Of a stretch of DNA of 64,000 nucleotides, positions 45,001 through 56,083 are shown one piece after another; the first letter of the stretch is position 1, and the number at the start of each line of letters is the position of its first letter. Both the position numbers and the translations under genes were made by a program. Source of the DNA: Eledone cirrhosa. Its lineage: Eukaryota. Under the pieces are notes generated by a model, which saw only the letters and a list, made by a program, of their open reading frames with translations, searched no databases and was not told where the DNA came from. The DNA is taken from positions 12,462,001 to 12,526,000 of the forward strand of contig OZ024741.1 of assembly GCA_964016885.1 (NCBI GenBank), read 5' to 3'.

Positions 45001-48000
45001 TCAGTTATATATAGTAGTTTGGGTAGGTATATGACTGTTGGATTCAGTTGATATAGGAGTTTGGGGAGGTATATGACTGTTGGTTTCAGATAGATATAGT
45101 AGTTTGGGGAGGTATATGACTGTTGGTTTCAGTTAGATATAGTAGTTTGGGGAGGTATATGACTGTTGGTTTCAGTTTGATATAGTAGTTTGGGGAGGTA
45201 TATGACTGTTGGTTTCAGTTAGATATAGTAGTTTGGGGAGGTATATGACTGTTGGTTTCAGTTTGATATAGTAGTTTGGGGAGGTATATGACTGTTGGTT
45301 TCAGTTAGATATAGTTGTTTGGGGAGGTATATGACTGTTGGTTTCAGTTTGATATAGTAGTTTGGGGAGGTATATGACTGTTGGTTTCAGTTGATATAGT
45401 AGTTTGGGGAGGTATATGACTGTAGCTTTCAGTTAGTTATATAAGTTTGGGGAGGTATATGACTGTTGGTTTAATTTGATATAGTAGTTTGGGGAGTTAT
45501 ATGACTGTTGGTTTCAGTTAGATATAGTAGTTTGGGGAAGTATATGACTGTTGGTTTCAGTTAGATGTAGTAGTTTGGGGAGGTATATGACTGTTGGTTT
45601 CAGTTAGATATAGTAGTTTGGGGAGGTATATGACTGTTGGTTTCAGTTTGATATAGTAGTTTGGGGAGGTATATGACTGTTGGTTTCAGTTTGATATAGT
45701 AGTTTGGGGAGGTATATGACTGTAGGATTCAGTTTATATAGTAGTTTGGGGAGGTATATAACTGTAGGTTTCAGTTAGATATAGTAGTTTGGGAGGTATA
45801 TGACTGTTGGTTTCTGTTAGATATAGTAGTCTGGGGAGGTATATGACTGTAAGTTTCAGTTTGATATAGTAGTTTGGGGAGGTATATGACTGTAGGTTTT
45901 AGTTAGATATAGTAGTTTGGGGAGGTATATGACTGTTGGTTTCAGTTTGATATAGTAGTTTGGGGAGGTATATGACTGTAGTTTTCAGTTAGATGTAGTA
46001 GTTTGGGGAGGTATATGACTGTTGGTTTCAGTTTGATATAGTAGTTTGGGGAGGTATATGACTGTAGGTTTCAGTTAGATATAGTAGTTTGGGGAGGTAT
46101 ATGACTGTTGGTTTCACTTTGATATAGTAGTTTGGGGAGGTATATGACTGTTGGTTTCAGTTTGATATAGTAGTTTGGGGAGGTATATGACAGTTCGTTT
46201 CAGTTTGATATAGTAGTTCGGGGAGGTATATGACAGTTCGTTTCAGTTTGATATAGTTGTTTGGGGAGGTATATGACTGTTGGTTTCAGTTTGATATAGT
46301 AGTTTGGGGAGGTATATGACTTTTGGTTTCAGTTAGACATAGTAGTTTGGGGAGGTATATGACTGTTGGTTTCAGTTTGATATAGTAGTTTTGGTAGGTA
46401 TATGACTGTTTGTTTCAGTTTGAAATAGTAATTTGGGGAGGTATATGACTGTTGGTTTCAGTTTGATATAGTAGTTTGGGGAGGTATATGACTGTTGGTT
46501 TCAGTTTGTTATAGTAGTTTGGGGAGGTATATGACTGTTGGTTTCAGTTAGATATAGTAGTTTGGGGAGGTATATGACTGTAGGTTTCAGTTAGTTATAT
46601 TAGTTTGAGGAGGTATATGACTGTAGGTTTCATTTAGTTATAGTAGTTTGGGGAGGTATATGACTGTAAGTTTCAGTTAGATATAGTAGTTTGAGGAGGT
46701 ATATGACTGTTGGTTTCAGTTAGATATAGTAGTTTGGGGAGGTATATGACTGTTGGTTTCATTTAGATATAGTAGTTTGGGGAGGTATATGACTGTTGGT
46801 TTCAGTTTGATATAGTAGTTTGGGGAGGTATATGACTGTTGGTTTCAGTTTGATATAGTAGTTTGGGGAGGTATATGACTGTAGGATTCAGTTAGATATA
46901 GTAGTTATGGGAGGTATAAAACTCTAGGTTTCAGTTAGATATAGTAGTTTGGGGAGGTATATGACTGTTGGTTTCAGTTATATATAGTAGTTTGGGGAGG
47001 TATATGACTGTTGGTTTCAGTTAGATATAGTAGTTTGGGGAGGTATATGACTGTAAGTTTCAATTTGATATAGTAGTTTGGGGAGGTATATGACTGTAGG
47101 TTTTAGTTAGATATAGTAGTTTGGGGAGGTATATGACTGTTGGTTTCAGTTATATATAGTAGTTTGGGGAGGTATATGAGTGTTGGTTTCAGTTAGATAT
47201 AGTAGTTTGGGGAGGTATATGACTGTAGGTTTCAATTTGATATAGTAGTTTGGGGAGGTATATACTGTAGGATTCAGTTAGATATAGTAGTTTGGGGAGG
47301 TATATGACTGTTGCTTTCAGTTAGATAAAGTAGTTTGGGGAGGTATATGACTGTTGGTTTCAGTTAGATATAGTAGTTTGGGGAGGTATGTGACTGTAGG
47401 TTTCAGTTAGTTATAGAAGTTTGGGGAGGTATATGACTGTTGGTTTCAATTTGATATAGTAAGGTGGGGAGGTATATGACTGTTGGTTTCAGTTTGATAT
47501 AGTAGTTTGGGGAGGTATATGACTGTTGGTTTCAGTTGATATAGTAGTTTGGGGAGGTATATGACTGTTGGTTTCAGTTTGATATAGTAGTTTGGGGAGG
47601 TATATGACCGTTCGTTTCAGTTTGACATAGTAGTTTGGGGAGGTATATGACTGTTGGTTTCAGTTAGATTTAGTAGTTTGGGGAGGTATATGACTGTAGG
47701 TTTCAGTTAGATATAGTAGTTTGGGGAGGTATATGACTGTAGGTTTTAGTTTAATATAGTAGTTTGGGGTGGTATATGTCTGTTGGTTTCAGTTGATATA
47801 GTAGTTTGGGGAGGAATATGACTGTTGGTTTCAGTTAGATATAGTAGTTTGGGGAGGTATATGACTGTTGGTTTCAGTTAGATATAGTAGTTTGGGGAGG
47901 TATATGACTGTTGGTTTCAGTTAGATATAGTAGTTTGGGGAGGTATATGACTGTTGGTTTCAGTTAGATATAGTTGTTTGGGGAGGTATATGACTGTTGG

Positions 48001-50414
48001 TTTCAGTTTGATATAGTAGTTTGGGGAGGTATAAGACTGTTGGTTTCAGTTTGATATAGTAGTTTGGGGAGGTATATGACTGTAGTATTCAGTTAGATAT
48101 AGTAGTTTGGGAGGTATATGACTGTTGGTTTAAGTTTGATATAGTAGTTTGCGGTGGTTTATGACTATTGGTTTCAGTTAGATATAGTAGTTTGGGGAGG
48201 TATATGACTGTTGCTTTCAGTTTGATATAGTAGTTTGGGGAGGTATGTGACCGTTGGTTTCAGTTTGATATAGTAGTTTGGGGTGGTTTATGACTATTGG
48301 TTTCAGTTAGATATAGTAGTTTGGGGAGGTATATGACTGTTGGTTTCTGTTGATATAGTGGTTTGGGGAGGTATATGACCGTAGGTTTCATTTAGATATA
48401 GTAGTTTGGGGAGGTATAGACTGTTGGTTTCAGTTTGATATAGTAGTTTAGGGAGGTATATGACTATTGGTTTCAGTTAGATATAGTAGTTTGGGGAGGT
48501 ATATGACTGTTGGTTTCAGTTTGATATAGTAGTTTGGGGAGGTATATGACTATTGGTTTCAGTTAGATATAGTAGTTTGGGGAGGTATATGACTGTTGGT
48601 TTCAGTTTGATATAGTAGTTTGGGGAGGTATATGACTATTGGTTTCAGTTAGATATAGTAGTTTGGGGAGGTATATGACTGTTGGTTTCAGTTAGATATA
48701 GTAGTTTGGGGAGGTATATGACTGTTGGTTTCAGTTTGATATAGTAGTTTGGGGAGGTATATGACTGTTGGTTTCAGTTTGATATAGTACCTTGGGGAGG
48801 TATATGACTGTTGGTTTCAGTTAGATATAGTAGTTTGGGGAGGTATGTGACCGTTGGTTTCAGTTTGATATAGTAGTTTGGGGTGGTTTATGACTATTGG
48901 TTTCAGTTAGATATAGTAGTTTGGGGAGGTATATGACTGTTGCTTTCAGTTTGATATAGTAGTTTGGGGAGGTATATGACTGTTGGTTTCAGTTAGATAT
49001 AGTAGTTTGGGGAGGTATATGACTGTTGGTTTCAGTTTGATATAGTAGTTTGGGGAGGTATATGACTGTTGTTTTCAGTTTGATATAGTAGTTTGGGGAG
49101 GTATATGACTGTTGGTTTCAGTTTGGTATAGTAGTTTTGGGGAGGTACATGACTGTAGGTTTCAGTTTGATATAGTAGTTTTGGGGAGGTATATGACTGT
49201 AGGTTTCAGTTTGATATAGTAGTTTGGGGAGGTATATGACTGTAGGTTTCAGTTTGTCATAGTAGTTTGGGGAGGTATATGACTGTAGGTTTCAGTTTGA
49301 TATAGTAGTTTGGGGAGGTATATGACAGTTGGTTTCAATTTGATATAGTAGGTTGGGGAGGTATATGACTGTAGGTTTCAGTTTGACATAGTAGTTTGGG
49401 GAGGTATATGACTGTTGGTTTCAGTTTGATATAGTATTTTGGGGAGGTATATGACTGTTGGTTTCAGTTTGATATAGTAGTTTGGGGAGGTATATGACTG
49501 TTGGTTTCAGTTTGATATAGTATTTTATGGAGGTATATGACTGTAGGTTTCAGTTTGACATAGTAGTTTGGGGAGGTATATGACTATTGGTTTCAGTTAG
49601 ATATAGTAGTTTGAGGAGGTATATGACTGTTGGTGTCAGTTAGATATAGTAGTTTGGGGAGGTGTGTGACCGTTGGTTTCAGTTTGATATAGTAGTTTGG
49701 GGAGGTATATGACTGTTGGTTTCAGTTAGATATGGTAGTTTGGGGAGGTATATGACTGTTGGTTTCAGTTTGATATAGTAGTTTGGGGAGGTATATGACT
49801 GTTGTTTTCAGTTTGATATAGTAGTTTGGGGAGGTATATGACTGTTGGTTTCAGTTTGGTATAGTAGTTTTGGGGAGGTACATGACTGTAGGTTTCAGTT
49901 TGATATAGTAGTTTGGGGAGGTATATGATTGTAGGTTTCAGTTTCACATAGTAGTTTGGGGAGGTATATGACTGTTGGTTTCAGTTTGATATAGTAGTTT
50001 GGGGAGGTATATGACTGTTGGTTTCAGTTTGATATAGTAGTTTTGGGGAGGTATATGACTGTAGGTTTCAGTTTGATATAGTAGTTTGGGGAGGTATATG
50101 ACTGTAGGTTTCAGTTTGACATAGTAGTTTGGGGAGGTATATGACTGTTGGTTTCAGTTTGATATTGTAGTTTGGGGAGGTATATGACTGTAGGTTTCAG
50201 TTTGACATAGTAGTTTGGGGAGGTATATGACTGTTGGTTTCAGTTTGATATAGTATTTTGGGGAGGTATATGACTGTTGGTTTCAGTTTGATATAGTAGT
50301 TTGGGGAGGTATATGACTGTTGGTTTCAGTTTGATATAGTAGTTTGGGGAGGTATATGACTGTTGGTTTCAGTTTTATATAGTAGTTTGGGGAGGTATAT
50401 GACTGTTGGTTTCA
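1..50414. repeat. 43-bp tandem satellite array (~1,170 monomers; continues left of window)
   Basis: Consensus TTTGGGGAGGTATATGACTGT(T/A)GGTTTCAGTT(A/T)GATATAGTAG repeats head-to-tail without interruption, with occasional 42/44-bp monomers. It ends abruptly at ...GACTGTTGGTTTCA|AGTCGA (~50414). Confidence 0.99.
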
Positions 50415-50552
50415 AGTCGATACATAGTTTAATAATTCTATTATTCCCACACGTGTGTATGTGTTGATGTTCTCTCTCACTCTCTGTCTCTCTTGCTCTC
50501 TCCCATCTTTAACATGGAAGGGGAAATAATTCTATTAAAGTGAGACGTTATG

Positions 50553-50605
50553 CTTGTTGTTCCTTAGCCTAAGGTCAGCCCTAATCGAGTAGACCTATGA
50601 TCACA
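50553..50605 (-). mobile_element. Possible degraded 3' tail of an RTE-like LINE or associated SINE
   Basis: TTGTTGTTCCTTAGCCTAAGGTCAGCCCTAATCGAGTAGACCTATGATCA resembles a dispersed octopus repeat tail as I recall it, with a short (AAC) tail on the minus strand. Not verified by search. Confidence 0.3.
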
Positions 50606-50881
50606 CACATACCAGTGGGGATTCTCTCATCTTTCTACAATGTGCATGAAACTGGGGACCACACCGGGGATGGATTCTGACCTGGGGGAGGCCCCGGGTC
50701 ACTTCAGATTTGGGGCCCCCCTCGTACACAACATATTAGAATACCCATCACCCCACCCCTCTTTCACATATCAAAGTTAGATTGGCACAAGTAATTGGAA
50801 TTGAAAAGTTATACATACAAACCCAAAATCCTAAAACTAAACAATCCAGTTGAGGGCACAAGTACATTGTTCCGGCCGTGG

Positions 50882-51081
50882 NNNNNNNNNNNNNNNNNNN
50901 NNNNNNNNNNNNNNNNNNNNNNNNNNNNNNNNNNNNNNNNNNNNNNNNNNNNNNNNNNNNNNNNNNNNNNNNNNNNNNNNNNNNNNNNNNNNNNNNNNNN
51001 NNNNNNNNNNNNNNNNNNNNNNNNNNNNNNNNNNNNNNNNNNNNNNNNNNNNNNNNNNNNNNNNNNNNNNNNNNNNNNNNN
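50882..51081. other. Assembly gap (exactly 200 N)
   Basis: 59+60+60+21 N. A round fixed length is typical of a scaffolding join of unknown true size. Confidence 0.99.
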
Positions 51082-53527
51082 GTAGTGACATATACACTAC
51101 ACACTGTCACTAGCCAGTCTTGGTGGGGTTGACACTAGTTGAGGTGGTAATGTAGTGACATATACACTACACACTGTCACTAGCCAGTCTTGGTGGGGTT
51201 GACACTAGTTGAGGGGGTAATGTAGTGACATATACACTACGCACTGTCACTAGCCAGCCTTGGTGGGGTTGACACTAGTTGAGGGGGCAATGTAGTGACA
51301 TATACACTACACACTGTCACTAGCAAGCCCTGCTGGGGTTGACACTAGTTGAGGGGGTAATGTAGTGACATATACACTACACACTGTCACTAGCCAGTCT
51401 TGGTGGGGTTGACACTAGTTGAGGGGGTAATGTAGTGACATATACACTACACACTGTCACTAGCCAACTCTGCTGGGGTTGACACTAGTTGAGGGGGTAA
51501 TGTAGTGACATATACACTACACACTGTCACTAGCCAGTCTTGGTGGGGTTGACACTAGTTGAGGGGGTAATGTAGTGACATATACACTACCCACTGTCAC
51601 TAGCCAGTCTTGGTGGGGTTGACACTAGTTGAGGGGGTAATGTAGTGACATATACACTACACACTGTCACTAGCCAGTTTTGGTGGGGTTGACACTAGTT
51701 GAGGGGGTAATGTAGTGACATATACACTACACACTGTCACTAGCCAGTCTTGGTAGGGTTGACACTAGTTGAGGGGGTAATGTAGTGACATATACACTAC
51801 ACACTGTCACTAGCCAGTCTTGGTGGGGTTGACACTAGTTGAGGGGGTAATGTAGTGACATATACACTACACACTGTCACTAGCCAGTCTTGCTGGGGTT
51901 GACACTAGTTGAGGGGGTAATGTAGTGACATATACACTACACACTGTCACTAGCCAGCCCTGCTGGGGTTGACACTAGTTGAGGGGGTAATGTAGTGACA
52001 TATACACTACACACTATCACTAGCCAGTCTTACTGGGGTAGACACTAGTTGAGGGGGTAATGTAGTGACATATACACTACACACTGTCACTAGCAAGCCC
52101 TGCTGGGGTTGACACTAGTTGAGGGGGTAATGTAGTGACATATACACTACACACTGTCACTAGCAAGCCCTGCTGGGGTTGACACTAGTTGAGGGGGTAA
52201 TGTAGTGACATATACACTACACACTGTCACTAGCCAGTCTTACTGGGGTTGACACTAGTTGAGGGGGTAATGTAGTGACATATACACGACACACTGTCAC
52301 TAGCCAGCCCTGCTGGGGTTGACAGTAGTTGAGGGGGTAATGTAGTGACATATACACTACACACTGTCACTAGCCAGTCTTACTGGGGTTGACACTAGTT
52401 GAGGGGGTAATGTAGTGACATATACACTACACACTGTCACTAGCCAGCCCTGCTGGGGTTGACACTAGTTGAGGGGGTAATGTAGTGACATATACACTAC
52501 ACACTGTCACTAGCCAGTCCTGCTGGGGTTGACACTAGTTGAGGGGGTAATGTAGTGACATATACACTACACACTGTCACTAGCCAGCCCTGCTGGGGTT
52601 GACACTAGTTGAGGGGGTAATGTAGTGACATATACACTACACACTGTCACTAGCCAGCCCTGCTGGGGTTGACACTAGTTGAGGGGGTAATGTAGTGACA
52701 TATACACTACACACTGTCACTAGCCAGTCTTGGTGGGGTTGACACTAGTTGAGGGGGTAATGTAGTGACATATACACTACACACTGTCACTAGCCAGTCA
52801 TGGTGGGGTTGACACTAGTTGAGGGGGTAATGTAGTGACATATACACTACACACTGTCACTAGCCAGTCTTGGTGGGGTTGACACTAGTTGAGGGGGTAA
52901 TGTAGTGACATATACACTACACACTGTCACTAGCCAGCCCTGCTGGGGTTGACACTAGTTGAGGGGGTAATGTAGTGACATATACACTACACACTGTCAC
53001 TAGCCAGTCTTGCTGGGGTTGACACTAGTTGAGGGGGTAATGTAGTGACATATGCACTACACACTGTCACTAGCCAGTCTTGGTGGGGTTGACACTAGTT
53101 GAGGGGGTAATGTAGTGACATATACACTACACACTGTCACTAGCCAGTCTTGCTGGGGTTGACACTAGTTGAGGGGGTAATGTAGTGACATATACACTAC
53201 ACACTGTCACTAGCCAGTCTTGCTGGGGTTGACACTAGTTGAGGGGGTAATGTAGTGACATATACACTACACACTGTCACTAGCCAGCCCTGCTGGGGTT
53301 GACACTAGTTGAGGGGGTAATGTAGTGACATATACACTACACACTGTCACTAGCCAGCCCTGCTGGGGTTGACACTAGTTGAGGGGGTAGTGTAGTGACA
53401 TATACACTACACACTGTCACTAGCCAGTCTTGCTGGGGTTGACACTAGTTGAGGGGGTAATGTAGTGACATATGCACTACACACTGTCACTAGCCAGCCC
53501 TGCTGGGGTTGACACTAGTTGAGGGGG
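51082..53527. repeat. 70-bp tandem array, 35 copies visible, left end lost in gap
   Basis: Monomer TGTAGTGACATATACACTACACACTGTCACTAGCCAG(T/C)C(T/C)T(G/A)(G/C)TGGGGTTGACACTAGTTGAGGGGGTAA. It keeps exact 70-bp phase throughout (no indels). Confidence 0.98.
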
Positions 53528-53560
53528 AATCTTAGCAACACAGGTCAGTTAAATATTACT

Positions 53561-53770
53561 ACATATACACACCTGACACACCACAACTATATATACACAC
53601 ATATACACACCTGACACACTACAACTATATATATACATATATACACACCACAACTATATATACACACATATACACACCTGACACACCACAACTATATATA
53701 CACACATATACACACCTGACACACCACAACTATATATATACACACCTGACACACCACAACTATACATACA
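53561..53770. repeat. Variable-length minisatellite (CACACCTGACACACCACAACTATATATA core, ~6 units)
   Basis: Repeated core separated by variable (TA)/(CA) runs. Confidence 0.85.
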
Positions 53771-53984
53771 TTCTTTTTCTGTTGTTTATTGCTACACATG
53801 ATTTTGAAGTGAATTATGTGACAAAAACATGATCAGTGTCTTGTTCCTTTGTTAATTCTTATCCCTGTGACATGAGGAAATCCCCTCCCCCACAGTAATA
53901 TTACTTCACCCCACAACAATGAGGACAACTTCTTGTTTCCTTGAATATGGCAAACTTCTCTTGACTCCCTCAGACCAACTTCTC

Positions 53985-54145
53985 TTACTTGGCATTATTT
54001 GACCAACAAAGCTACACTCATCAACTTCACATCACTGAGGTGTCAGGTAATGCCCATGAGGGTGCTTGGTTGTCTCAGTGTCTTAGCCTCGCCATCACCC
54101 GTGGTAATGCTGTGAGTATATTGAATATATATATTATTTAATAAA
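53985..54145 (+). mobile_element. Degraded C-terminal/3' fragment of CRE-like RLE non-LTR retrotransposon (relic A)
   Basis: Frame from 54031 reads ITEVSGNAHEGAWLSQCLSLAITRGNAVSIL, matching the RLE C-terminal pattern G.PRE..WL.QRLSLAI.RGNA.SIL. AATAAA follows near 54140. Confidence 0.7.
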
Positions 54146-54167
54146 ATAGTACATATTTCATCCCTAG

Positions 54168-54248
54168 TGCTGCTGCTGCAACTATTACTACTACCACCAC
54201 CACCACTGCTACTAGTACAACTATTACCACCACCACCACTACTACTAC
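54168..54248. repeat. Compound (GCT)/(ACT)/(ACC) trinucleotide microsatellite
   Basis: Direct reading; lies between CRE-like relics A and B. Confidence 0.9.
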
Positions 54249-54254
54249 AAATGA

Positions 54255-54410
54255 GTGGAGGCTTCTGGTGTCTTTGGCCCTAGGGCTACCTCCGTACTCA
54301 CCACCATAGGCGCTGAGTTGGCCAGCCGCAGGTGTGAGCCTCGCGTGTTGGAATGCCTTTTCCAGCGCATCTCCCTTACCATCCACCGGGGCTGTGGGGA
54401 GGCCAGCACG
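54255..54410 (+). mobile_element. C-terminal fragment of CRE-like RLE non-LTR retrotransposon (relic B)
   Basis: VEASGVFGPRATSVLTTIGAELASRRCEPRVLECLFQRISLTIHRG matches the VETSGVFGP...G......EPR....LFQRIS..I.RG end of the RLE domain. Confidence 0.8.
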
Positions 54411-54756
54411 TGGGACCCCATTTGCTCACCATACAGAGAGATGGCGAGGGTGAGAGAGATTGAGGCGATGATAGTGGGAGTTCGGCTCTTCCACGTTCGG
54501 ACCATATCCTTGTGGTTGTGTTTATTATCTATGGAGTTCCCACTTCACGTTAATGTTTGTAGTCACTACTTGAATACTCAGTACACTCACCACAAGAATT
54601 ACAATCCTACAGTGGAATATTAGAACCTTAGACTACAAATGAATGAATCAACCAGACAACAAACAAACCAAACTCACAACAGCCACCGCTAAAACTTAAC
54701 ACCTTTACCTGGCAACTGATTACTAGAGAAACCTTACAAAAATATTATTATTGACA

Positions 54757-54882
54757 TGATCGTTAGAACATCGAACAACATGCACTGTAGCTTTTAGTTC
54801 CGCCCCTTAATGTTCTGAGTCCAAATCTCACCGAGGTCAACTCTGCTTTACATCCTTCCGGGGTCGATACAATAAAGTACCG
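54757..54882 (+). mobile_element. Diverged tRNA-derived SINE fragment
   Basis: GTTCTGAGTCCAAATCTCACCGAGGTCAAC...CATCCTTCCGGGGTCGATACAATAAAGTACC aligns with the reverse complement of the copies at 55.0-55.2 kb and 58.0-58.2 kb; degenerate B box. Confidence 0.8.
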
Positions 54883-54994
54883 ATCCAGTACAGATATACG
54901 AAATCATCGTTTATTGGAAGCTGTTGCTTGGTGTTGCTGAACTTTACGGCGACAACACGGTGTAACGATACAGCCTCCATCTAATTATCTCATG

Positions 54995-55195
54995 GTTTCT
55001 ACTTTATGCACAAGGCCAGCAATTTACGGGAGGAGGTGGAGTCAAATTAAATTTACTCCTGTACTTGACTGGTATTTTATTTTATCAACCCCGGAAGGAT
55101 GCAAAGTAAATTTCACCCCGGCAGGATTTGAACGCACAATATAAGGAGTCGGAACAAATACTGCAAGGTATTTGTCCGGCCAGCCCATCGATTCG
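54995..55195 (-). mobile_element. Diverged tRNA-derived SINE
   Basis: Minus strand has B box GTTCAAATCC, core CATCCTTCCGGGGTTGATAAAATAAAATACCAGT and tail TTGCTGGCCTTGTGC...AGAAA shared with the 58-kb copy. Confidence 0.8.
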
Positions 55196-55709
55196 TTTTG
55201 TTTACTCTTCAATAACACTCGTGTATATGTGTGTGTATATATATATATATATATGTGTGTATGTGTATAAATATTTATATTTACCTGGTCAAAGCGGGAT
55301 GAGTTGAGTTTGAAAGGAGGGTATTCATCGTGTGTATCACCAACAGACATTATAACTGGACTCTAAGTAAATATGTGTGCGTATGTATGTGTATTTATTT
55401 ATAAGTGACACTGGAATTCTGTTGACATCCCACCAGAGGGCAGTGTGTATGATAAATTGTCAAATGAGAGTTACTTCCCCTTAATGCGTTGGTTCTCTGT
55501 TATTTTTGAAGAAAGCAGTGGGGTGTTTGTAAACTGTGTCGTAAAAGAGATATATTGTATTTCAAAAAGGTAAAAAAATACAAATTGAAGTTGGTAATAA
55601 AGTTTTTATAACACTTTATTTTTTACAATAAAGAAATATATTAGTTTAATGTTTAATATAATAAGAAAGGTTACATAAAAACTTTATTTTCCGAAGTACA
55701 CAGTAGAGA

Positions 55710-56012
55710 GTCGTCGTTTTATTCACTGTTGTATAAAAAGAGATATAATAATACAATGCTTACAAAACGGAAACATAAACAAATATAATATAAAGGAAAG
55801 GGAAAACAGAAAAAAAGAAAGGAAAAGAAAGAAAAAAGAAAAAAATTTATCTGGGACCACAACAAAAGGCAGACGAAAGGGGCGGTCAACCGAGTCGGTA
55901 CCAGAGTAAAAGATAACAGTATCGCAAGGAGCACTGGGAAAGCTCTCTAATGATTTTTTAGGCAAGCCAGCACGCCGGCAGCGTTACCTCGGGTGGTGGC
56001 GAGGTTGATGCT
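55710..56012 (-). mobile_element. 5'-truncated CRE-like element: last ~21 codons plus complete 3' UTR (relic C)
   Basis: Minus strand 56012-55947 reads SINLATTRGNAAGVLACLKNH*, then a T-rich 3' UTR, AATAAA (55723-55718) and a short ACGACGAC tail. Confidence 0.7.
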
Positions 56013-56083
56013 AAGGGACAGGGATGTGTTTACAGAGCTGAGTTAAAGTGAGAGTGATTAACAGCCTGCTGACTGCTAAGAGT

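Noticed and set aside
42856-49947. Two identical 60-aa minus-strand ORFs (42856-43038 and 49765-49947)
   Set aside because: Chance read-through of satellite monomers enabled by a 44-bp variant, duplicated by the 6.9-kb block duplication. The consensus has a TGA every three monomers.
1-50414. Telomeric repeat array
   Set aside because: G-rich but not (TTAGGG)n; TTAGGG appears only as rare point variants.
50660-50725. GC-rich GGCCCC/GGGGCC segment, and GGGTCGTAGCC(G)n near 57787, resembling DNA-transposon termini
   Set aside because: No partner TIR or target-site duplication identifiable, so too weak to call.
50748-51132. Five ORFs spanning the N run
   Set aside because: Artefacts of translating through the gap.
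51082-53527. CRISPR-like look (palindromic constant part plus variable part)
   Set aside because: The variable window has only a few recurring alleles rather than unique spacers, there are no cas genes, and the context is eukaryotic.
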